Below the pieces are notes generated by a model. That model had not been told where the DNA came from, ran no database searches, and saw nothing but the letters and a program-made list of their open reading frames with translations. This document shows positions 1 through 9,766 of a stretch of DNA of 64,000 bases, piece by piece. How positions within the stretch are numbered: the first letter of the stretch is position 1; the number at the start of each line of letters is the position of its first letter. Location of the stretch: NCBI GenBank assembly GCA_035454085.1, contig DAOTEJ010000003.1:19352-83351 (forward strand), given 5' to 3'. Source of the DNA: Burkholderiaceae bacterium (GTDB taxonomy: Bacteria > Pseudomonadota > Gammaproteobacteria > Burkholderiales > Burkholderiaceae_F). A program made the position numbers and the translations under genes.

Positions 1-139
1 TGCTGCCCAGCACCGTGGGCAGCAGCGCACCCATCGCCGACTGCGTGGTCTCGGGCGATTCGCCCAGGAACTGCGCGGCCATCTTGCCGAAGTCGTTGCC
101 CATGGCCTGTTGGGCCAGGGAAAGAAGGTTGACGCTCAT
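1..139 (-). CDS. DUF937-like protein, N-terminal part (gene runs off the window start)
   Basis: Own translation of the minus strand from ATG at 139 gives MSVNLLSLAQQAMGNDFGKMAAQFLGESPETTQSAMGALLPTVLGS. This resembles DUF937 N-termini. AGGAGA SD lies just upstream (146-151). Confidence 0.65.
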   Translation of the reverse strand, partial: MSVNLLSLAQQAMGNDFGKMAAQFLGESPETTQSAMGALLPTVLGS

Positions 140-196
140 GTTTGTCTCCTGACGTTCACGGGTGATTCGAACGCGGCCGCTGACGGCAGCCACGGC

Positions 197-688
197 TTAC
201 TTCTTGCCCTTGCGGGCAGGTGCTGCGGCCACCACCTCGAGTTCGGCATCGATCACGCCCGCGCGCACCATGCCGAGCTTGCGAGCCGCGGCCAGCGACA
301 CATCCGCGACACGGTCGGGATGAGTCGGCCCCCGGTCATTGACGCGCAGCGTGACCGACGCCTGGTTCTTGGGATTGGTGACCTTGACCTTGGTGCCGAA
401 CGGCAGGGTCTTGTGGGCCATGGTCATGGCCTCGGGATCGAACGCTTCGCCGCTGGCGGTACGACGGCCCGCGAACTGCTTGCCGTACCAGGCGATCTTG
501 CCGGTCTCCTTCTGGCCCGCCCCCATCGACCCCACCTCTGGCGCAGCGGCCGGCGCAGGCGCCGGGGCAGATGCCGCCGTCTGAGCCAGAAGGGCGGGCG
601 CGCCCAGCGCCAGAGATAGCCCCAAAGACAGCGCTACGACGACAGGAGCGAAGGGCGCGCGGCGAACACAGGTTCTTGAAGCTTGCAT
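197..688 (-). CDS. rlpA: Septal ring lytic transglycosylase RlpA family lipoprotein (DPBB domain)
   Basis: Track ORF 197..796 trimmed to the internal ATG at 688, where a signal peptide begins (MQASRTCVRRAPFAPVVVALSLGLSLALGAPALLAQ). RlpA-like core: GKIAWYGKQFAGRRTASGEAFDPEAMTMAHKTLPFGTKVKVTN...VTLRVNDRGP. Confidence 0.85.
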   Translation of the reverse strand: MQASRTCVRRAPFAPVVVALSLGLSLALGAPALLAQTAASAPAPAPAAAPEVGSMGAGQKETGKIAWYGKQFAGRRTASGEAFDPEAMTMAHKTLPFGTKVKVTNPKNQASVTLRVNDRGPTHPDRVADVSLAAARKLGMVRAGVIDAELEVVAAAPARKGKK

Positions 689-1238
689 GAAGTCATCCAC
701 TGGCTTGGACCATCGAGAGCGCTCTGGCCGCGATTCGGGTCCTGGTTGCTGATCGCGCGCGTCGGCGAGTCGATGGCCGCGCGCCACGGGTGCCACATCG
801 CATGACCTTGCTGGTCATGAGCTCGAGCGAGGGAGTGGACTGGCGCAGCGTCTAGCTTGGACTCCACCCTCCATCCCCAAGCAAAGCGATTTGCGCCCGA
901 ACGCTACCGGGACACAGCGCGGCCCGCACTGACCATGGGCGCTTGGTCTACCCGGAGTGGGGTCGGCCAGCCGATCGCGGTCGCAAGCGCCCTAGGCGCA
1001 GCGATCACGCCTTGGCACCCGTCACGTCGCATTTCGCCCGCCGCGCGTTGTGTCGAGCCGACTTTGGATTGGGCCCAGGACCGGGCTTGGGATAGCCTGC
1101 GTCCGTGCTCCCGCTCCCTGCCAACTTCCCCACCGGACGGCCGCTGTCGGCCAAGCCTGCAGCGATGCCGCCGATCGGCCCCGGCGCACCCGCGGTCCGG
1201 CCCGTGGACACCCCTGGCGCCAGCGCGAGGCCGCAGCG

Positions 1239-2495
1239 ATGAAGCGCCCCGCCTGGCTCACCCGCGGCGCGCTCGCCTGGGGCAGCTACGACGTGGCGAG
1301 CTCGACCTACATGGCGCTCGTGCCGGCCTTCTACGGGCTGTACTTCGTGCAGTGGGTGGCGCGCGGTCAGGCCGACGCCGATGCGGTGTGGGGCGGCGTC
1401 GCGGCCCTGAGCGTGCTGCTGGCGGCCGTGCTCGGCCCGCTGGCGGGCGCCATGGCCGACCGCGCCGGCCGGGATGTGCGCGTGCTGGGAGTGCTGACCA
1501 CCGTCTGCGTGGGGGCCACGCTGCTGCTGCCCTTGGCCTCGGCCCGCGGCCCACTGGCCGCGGCCCTGGGCTTTCTTGTGGCGCAGCTCGCCTACACCCT
1601 GGCCATCAGCGTGTACGACGCGCGACTCGTGCACGTGGCCGCGCGCGAGGACCTGGGCGCGGTCTCGGGCCTCGGATGGTCGCTCGGCCTGATTGGCGGG
1701 ATCGGCGCCATCTTCGTGGCACTGGCCTTGCTGCACGGGCTGGGCAAGACCGAGCAGTTGGCGGCCATGCCCCAGGTGTTCGCCGCGGCGGGCGTGCTAT
1801 TCGGGCTGCTGGCCGTGCCCGCGCTGCGCCTGCTGGCTCAGGACGGTCCGCAGGCGCCACGCGGGACGCCCACCGAGGCAGCCAGCCCGTGGCGATCGGT
1901 GCTCACGACCATCCGCCACTGGCGCCGCCACCGCGAGGCACTGCGCGTCCTGCTCGCCTTCTTCCTGGTCAACGACGTGGTGGTGACGATCCAGTTTTTC
2001 ATCGCCATCGTGCTGAGCGCACGCTTCGGCCTGTCAGTCGCGGGGCTGCTCTGGCTGGGGCTGCTGTTTCACGCCATCGCCCTGCCCTCCACCGTGGCCT
2101 GCGGCGTGCTGGCCGACCGCTGGGGGCAGCGCCGGGCGCTGGTCTTGATGAGCGGGGTGCTGGCGCTGGCCATCCTGCTGCTGGCGTTCGGACACGGCAC
2201 CTGGGTGCCCGCCGTCGCAGCCGTGCTGCTGGGACTGATCTTCGGCGCGCTGCAGGCGGTGTTCCGCTCGCTTTACGCCTCGCTCGTGCCCCCGCGCCAG
2301 GCGGCAGAGCTGTTTGGGTTCAACGCGGTGGCGGGGCGCCTCTCGGCAGCCATCGGCCCGCTGATCTTCGGCGCGGCCAGTTCCATGCTCGGCGGTCCGA
2401 CCTGGGCGCTGTGCCTGCTGCTCGTGCCGCTGGCCGCGGGTGCGCTGTTGCTCGCGCTCTCGCAACCCGGCTCGGCACAGCCCGAGGCGGCCTAG
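1239..2495 (+). CDS. MFS transporter (UMF1/Atg22-like family)
   Basis: Track ORF 1050..2495 trimmed to ATG 1239 (MKRPAWLTRGALAWGSYDVASSTYMALVPAFYGLYF). Polytopic hydrophobic protein of about 12 TM segments with high GC3. Confidence 0.8.
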   Translation: MKRPAWLTRGALAWGSYDVASSTYMALVPAFYGLYFVQWVARGQADADAVWGGVAALSVLLAAVLGPLAGAMADRAGRDVRVLGVLTTVCVGATLLLPLASARGPLAAALGFLVAQLAYTLAISVYDARLVHVAAREDLGAVSGLGWSLGLIGGIGAIFVALALLHGLGKTEQLAAMPQVFAAAGVLFGLLAVPALRLLAQDGPQAPRGTPTEAASPWRSVLTTIRHWRRHREALRVLLAFFLVNDVVVTIQFFIAIVLSARFGLSVAGLLWLGLLFHAIALPSTVACGVLADRWGQRRALVLMSGVLALAILLLAFGHGTWVPAVAAVLLGLIFGALQAVFRSLYASLVPPRQAAELFGFNAVAGRLSAAIGPLIFGAASSMLGGPTWALCLLLVPLAAGALLLALSQPGSAQPEAA

Positions 2496-2590
2496 CGCCG
2501 CCCACGATACCGCGCCGCGAATCTTCTCTGAGTGCGGTGGTGGCAACACCCCGCGCCGAGATTGGCGAGGCGCAGCGTCGCTCCAACAAA

Positions 2591-2618
2591 AAAGGCCCCG
2601 CTCGCAAGCGGGGCCTTT
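2591..2618. terminator. Bidirectional rho-independent terminator between the convergent MFS and TRAP-SBP genes
   Basis: AAAGGCCCCGC-tcgcaa-GCGGGGCCTTT hairpin, flanked by an A-run upstream and T-rich sequence downstream. Confidence 0.7.
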
Positions 2619-2648
2619 CGTGCGATGCGGCGTTCGCCGCGCCGCGAC

Positions 2649-5337
<2,689 letters not shown>

Positions 5338-5406
5338 CGGTGGCGGATTCTGGAGGGGCAAGGCGCAGGCGCAGCCGGTGCGCCGCGCATCGCTATCATA
5401 CCGACG

Positions 5407-5955
5407 ATGATCGAGCCTCTCGACGACGAAGAACACGACGAACGCGGGCCCAGCAAGTCGCAACGCAAGCGCGACATGCACGAGCTCCAGGCCCTCGGAC
5501 ACCGGCTGAGCGAGCTGTCCGCCGAGCGGCTGGCGCGCATCGACCTGCCCGAGCCGCTGGCCGAGGCGATCGCGGAGTTCCGCCGCCTGCGCGCCCACGA
5601 GGCGCGCCGCCGCCAGCTGCAGCTGATCGGCAAGCTCATGCGCCCGCTCGACGGCGCCGCGGTGCGCGAGGCGATCGACCGCGTCACCGGCGACAGCCAG
5701 GCCGCCGTGGCCGCGATGCACCGCGCCGAGCGCCTGCGCGAGCGCCTGCTCGAGGACGACGCCGCGCTCACCGACCTGCTCGCCGAGTTTCCCGCGGCCG
5801 ATGCCCAGCAATTGCGCCAGTTGGTGCGCGCCGCGCGCCGCGAGCGCGATGCCGCGCGCCCGCCCAAGAGCGCGCGTGAGCTCTACCGGCTGCTCCACGC
5901 CCTGGTACTGCCGCCCATGGACTCGCTCTACCTGCCCGACGACGATGAAAGCTGA
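5407..5955 (+). CDS. yjgA: Ribosome-associated protein YjgA/DarP (DUF615)
   Basis: In-frame ATG 5407 within track ORF 4792..5955: MIEPLDDEEHDERGPSKSQRKRDMHELQALGHRLSELS... Conserved pmbA-yjgA divergent pair. Confidence 0.85.
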   Translation: MIEPLDDEEHDERGPSKSQRKRDMHELQALGHRLSELSAERLARIDLPEPLAEAIAEFRRLRAHEARRRQLQLIGKLMRPLDGAAVREAIDRVTGDSQAAVAAMHRAERLRERLLEDDAALTDLLAEFPAADAQQLRQLVRAARRERDAARPPKSARELYRLLHALVLPPMDSLYLPDDDES

Positions 5956-6559
5956 GCGCCGCCATCCCGACGAACTGATCCTGGGCCTGGTCTCGGTCTC
6001 GGACCGCGCCTCGGCGGGCGTGTACCAGGACCAGGGCATCCCGGCGCTCGAGGCCTGGATGGCTGCGGCACTGGCCTCGCCCTTCCAGGTGCACACGCGC
6101 CTGATCGCCGACGAACGCGCGCAGATCGAGGCGGCGCTGATCGAGCTGGTGGACGAGCTTGGGTGCGATCTCGTGCTCACCACGGGCGGCACCGGCCCCT
6201 CGCGTCGCGACGTGACGCCCGAGGCCACATTGGCCGTGGCCACGCGCGAGATGCCGGGCTTCGGCGAACAGATGCGCCGCATCTCGGCTGCGTTCGTGCC
6301 CACCGCCATCCTGTCGCGCCAGGTGGGCGTGCTGCGCGAGATCACCGGTCACGCGGCGCTGATCGTCAACCTGCCGGGCCAGCCCAAGGCCATCGCCGAG
6401 ACTCTCGAAGGACTCAAGGACGCCGAGGGCAAAGCGGTGATTCCCGGCATCTTCGCCGCCGTGCCCTACTGCCTCGACCTGATCGGCGGCCCCTACCTCG
6501 AGACCCACGAGGCCGTGGTCAAGGCCTTCCGCCCCAAGAGCGCCATCCGCGCCCGCTGA
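5945..6559 (+). CDS. mog: Molybdopterin adenylyltransferase MogA
   Basis: ATG 5945 within track ORF 5801..6559. Motifs LGLVSVSDRAS and TTGGTGPSRRDVTPEA. Overlaps the yjgA stop by 11 nt. Confidence 0.9.
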   Translation: MKAERRHPDELILGLVSVSDRASAGVYQDQGIPALEAWMAAALASPFQVHTRLIADERAQIEAALIELVDELGCDLVLTTGGTGPSRRDVTPEATLAVATREMPGFGEQMRRISAAFVPTAILSRQVGVLREITGHAALIVNLPGQPKAIAETLEGLKDAEGKAVIPGIFAAVPYCLDLIGGPYLETHEAVVKAFRPKSAIRAR

Positions 6560-6628
6560 ACACCGCACGCGCCGGGTCGAGTCTTCCACCCCGCCGCTTG
6601 ATCAACGCCCTCGCCTGCCGCCACCGCC

Positions 6629-7303
6629 ATGAGCCAGCCCCGCCTCGAAACCGTCGAACTGCAACCGCGCGACACCGAGCCCGGGGCCGCGGTGATCTGG
6701 CTGCACGGCCTGGGCGCCGACGGCAACGACTTCGTGCCCATCGTGCAGGAGCTGGCAAGGCTGGGCATTCCGCCGATCCGCTTCGTGTTCCCGCACGCGC
6801 CGCAGATTCCCGTGACCCTCAACGGCGGCTACGTGATGCGCGCCTGGTACGACATCCTGGGCACGGACCTGGTGCGCCGCGAGGACGAGACCGGCATCCG
6901 GCGCTCGCATGCGCAGGTGGAACAACTGATCGAGCGCGAAGTCGCCGCCGGCGTGCCGCGCAGCCGCATCGTGCTGGCGGGCTTCTCGCAGGGCGGCGCG
7001 ATCACCTTGCACACCGGGCTGCGCCAGGCCGAGCCGCTCGCAGGGCTGCTTGCGCTCTCGACCTACCTGCCGCTGGCCGACATCTTTGCGGCCGAGCGGC
7101 ACGGCGCGGCCGCGAGCACGCCGATCTTCATGGCCCACGGCGACGCCGATCCGGTCATTGCCATGAGCCGCGCCCAGGCTTCGCGCGATGCACTGCTCGC
7201 CCTGGGCCATCCGGTCGAATGGCACGAATACTCGATGGGCCACTCGGTGGCCGAGGAAGAGGTGCAAGACATCGCCGCCTTCCTGCGGCGCGTGCTCGGC
7301 TAG
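6629..7303 (+). CDS. Alpha/beta hydrolase, carboxylesterase/phospholipase family (Abhydrolase_2-like)
   Basis: 224-aa ORF with VIWLHGLGADGNDF and the nucleophile elbow GFSQGG. Confidence 0.85.
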   Translation: MSQPRLETVELQPRDTEPGAAVIWLHGLGADGNDFVPIVQELARLGIPPIRFVFPHAPQIPVTLNGGYVMRAWYDILGTDLVRREDETGIRRSHAQVEQLIEREVAAGVPRSRIVLAGFSQGGAITLHTGLRQAEPLAGLLALSTYLPLADIFAAERHGAAASTPIFMAHGDADPVIAMSRAQASRDALLALGHPVEWHEYSMGHSVAEEEVQDIAAFLRRVLG

Positions 7304-7352
7304 GGCCAGCCGCGGCGGCCGGCAGGGTGCCGACCACCGCGCTCGGCGGGAC

Positions 7353-7928
7353 CTACTTGCCGCGATTCCAGCGCAGCGCGGCCTGCGCCACGCGCGCGCC
7401 GAACAGGCGCGCGGTTTCGAGGTCGCCTGGCAGCGGGCCTTCCTCAGGGCTGGAATCCGAGGGCGACTGGCTCATCGCGCCAGCGGACGAGCCCAGGTAA
7501 TTGACGTCGTTGCGGGTGGCCGCCTTGCTGTTCGAGGGCAGCATGCCCGTGCCCACCCAGACCATCGAGTGCTGCATCGCCAGCGTGATGAAGTAGTGCA
7601 AGGTCGAGTGCTTGTCGCCGTTGATGGTGGCCGAGTTGGTGAAGCCGGCGGCGATCTTGTCCTTCCACACCTGGCTGAACCAGGGCTTGGAACTGGCGTC
7701 GGCGAACTTCTTGAACTGCCAGGACGCGCCGCCCATGTAGGTCGGGCTGCCGAAGATGATCGCCTCGGCCGCGGCCAGGGTGTCCCAGGCGCCCGCGGGC
7801 AGATCGCCCTGGGCGTCGATGGCGATCAGTTCGGCGGCAGCAACCGACGCGGCACCGGAGTGCACCGCCTCGGCCTGCTTGCGCGTGTGGCCGTAGCCGC
7901 TGTGATAGACGATGACGATCTTGCTCAC
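7353..7928 (-). CDS. Flavodoxin-like NAD(P)H-dependent (quinone) oxidoreductase
   Basis: MSKIVIVYHSGYGHTRKQAEAV... flavodoxin-like fold N-terminus. Lies 66 nt downstream of pirin on the same strand. Confidence 0.82.
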   Translation of the reverse strand: MSKIVIVYHSGYGHTRKQAEAVHSGAASVAAAELIAIDAQGDLPAGAWDTLAAAEAIIFGSPTYMGGASWQFKKFADASSKPWFSQVWKDKIAAGFTNSATINGDKHSTLHYFITLAMQHSMVWVGTGMLPSNSKAATRNDVNYLGSSAGAMSQSPSDSSPEEGPLPGDLETARLFGARVAQAALRWNRGK

Positions 7929-7994
7929 GGAAAGTCTCCTGCGTGGTGGGCGCCGCAGTGCGACGCGTGGAAAGAATGCCTGTTGCCGTCTGGC

Positions 7995-8693
7995 TCAGGG
8001 CAGATCGAAAACCAGTACCTCGGCTGTGCGGCCGGCGCGCACCGCGACCTCGGCCTCGTGTTCGAGCCGCGCGCCGTCGCCCGGCCCCAGGACGTGGCCG
8101 TTGAGCTCGAGCGCGCCGCGCGCCACGTGCACGTACGCGCGCCGGCCAGGGGCAATCGCGATGCGGTCGGACTCGTCGCCGTCGAACAGGCCGGCGTACA
8201 CGCGCGCGTCCTGATGGATCGTGACCGAGCCCTCGGCCCCGTCGGGCGAGGCGATCAGCCGCAGTCGTCCGCGCTTGTCCGCGTCGCCGAACAGACGCTC
8301 CTCGTAGCCCGGCGTGACGCCGCGGCGATCGGGCACGATCCAGATCTGCAGGAAGTGCGTGGGGGCGTTGGCCGAGTGATTGAATTCGGAGTGCATCACG
8401 CCCGTGCCCGCGCTCATGCGCTGCACGTTGCCCGGGCGAATCACCGAGCCGTTGCCCATGCTGTCCTTGTGCGCAAGTTCGCCGGCGAGCACGTAGCTGA
8501 TGATCTCCATGTCGCGGTGGCCGTGCGTGCCGAAGCCGGCCCCGGGAGCCACGGTGTCGTCGTTGATCACGCGCAGCGGCCCGAAGCCCATGTGCCGCGG
8601 GTCGTGGTAGTCCGCGAACGAGAAGCTGTGATGGGTCTGCAGCCAGCCGTGGTCGTAAGAGCCGCGTTCGGCGGCGGGGCGGACGGTGAGCAT
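7995..8693 (-). CDS. Pirin family protein
   Basis: HGWLQTHHSFSFADYHDPRHMGFGPLRVINDD...GFGTHGHRDMEIISYVL cupin/pirin signature. Confidence 0.92.
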   Translation of the reverse strand: MLTVRPAAERGSYDHGWLQTHHSFSFADYHDPRHMGFGPLRVINDDTVAPGAGFGTHGHRDMEIISYVLAGELAHKDSMGNGSVIRPGNVQRMSAGTGVMHSEFNHSANAPTHFLQIWIVPDRRGVTPGYEERLFGDADKRGRLRLIASPDGAEGSVTIHQDARVYAGLFDGDESDRIAIAPGRRAYVHVARGALELNGHVLGPGDGARLEHEAEVAVRAGRTAEVLVFDLP

Positions 8694-8772
8694 GGAGCCT
8701 CCTGGAGTTCCGGCCCGTCGCTTGAACGTAGTTCACCGATCGGCGGCCGTGGCGTCGGATGATGTTTCCGAC

Positions 8773-8790
8773 GAATTCATGCATGATTTC
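8773..8790. promoter_or_regulatory. Near-perfect 18-bp palindrome, candidate LysR-type operator
   Basis: GAATTCATG-CATGATTTC (8/9 arms) centred on ATGCAT, in the 158-nt pirin/LysR divergent intergenic region. Contains T-N11-A-type spacing. Confidence 0.35.
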
Positions 8791-8851
8791 ACTTCTGGAC
8801 CAGCCCGTCACCGGGTCACGACTGACGACTTCATTCAATGAAACTGAACGG

Positions 8852-9766
8852 ATGAATCCTCGCCTCGGCCTCGACGCCTTCGTGCTGCTCGACGCCATCG
8901 AGCGCCGCGGCTCCTTTGCCGGCGCTGCCGCGGAATTGGACCGCGTGCCCTCGGCCGTGACCTACGCGGTGCGTCGCCTCGAAGAGGATCTCGACGTGCT
9001 GCTGTTCGACCGCAGCGGGCGGCGCGCGCGCCTGACCCCGGCGGGCGAGGAACTGCTGCGCGAAGGGCGGCAACTGCTTGCCGCCACCGACGAGCTGGCC
9101 CGCCGCGTCAAGCACGTGGCGAGCGGCTGGGAGCACGAGTTGCGCCTGGCGGTCGACACCTTGCTGCCGTTTGAATTGCTGGTGCCCCTGATCGCCGAGT
9201 TCAGCGCGCTCGCTCCCACCCGGCTGCGGTTCAGCGAGCAGGTGCTGGGCGGCACCTGGGACGCGCTGCTCGACGGCCGCGCCGATCTGGCAGTCGGCGC
9301 GTCGTACGAGCGGCCCGAGGCGAGCCGCCACGGCGCCAGCCTGCGCACCGAGGATCTGGGCTCCGTGCAGTTCGTGTTTGCCGTCGCCCCGGGCCACCCG
9401 CTGGCCGACGCCGCGGAACCGATCCCCGAGACCGAGCTGCGGCGCCATCGCCAGGTGGTGGTGGGCGACACTTCCCTGCGGCTGCGGCCGCGCGCCAGCG
9501 GCCTGCTCGGCGCCGAGACGCTCACCGTGCCCAACATGGCGGCCAAGATCGCCGCGCAGGCGGCCGGACTGGGCGCGGGCTTCCTGCCGCGTTTCCGGAT
9601 CGGCGCCGAGCTCGCGCGCGGCAGCCTGGTGATCAAGGCGACGGAAGCGGGCAAGCGCGAGGGGCCGATTGCGCTGGCCTGGCGTGCCGGCCATCGCGGC
9701 CGGGCGCTGGCGTGGTGGCGCGAGCGCCTCAGTGCCGCGTCGTGGCGCGCACAGCTGGCGGCGTAG
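8852..9766 (+). CDS. LysR family transcriptional regulator
   Basis: Track ORF 8759..9766 trimmed to ATG 8852: MNPRLGLDAFVLLDAIERRGSFAGAAAELDRVPSAVTYAVRRLEEDLDVLLFDR (wHTH). Divergent from the pirin operon. Confidence 0.9.
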   Translation: MNPRLGLDAFVLLDAIERRGSFAGAAAELDRVPSAVTYAVRRLEEDLDVLLFDRSGRRARLTPAGEELLREGRQLLAATDELARRVKHVASGWEHELRLAVDTLLPFELLVPLIAEFSALAPTRLRFSEQVLGGTWDALLDGRADLAVGASYERPEASRHGASLRTEDLGSVQFVFAVAPGHPLADAAEPIPETELRRHRQVVVGDTSLRLRPRASGLLGAETLTVPNMAAKIAAQAAGLGAGFLPRFRIGAELARGSLVIKATEAGKREGPIALAWRAGHRGRALAWWRERLSAASWRAQLAA

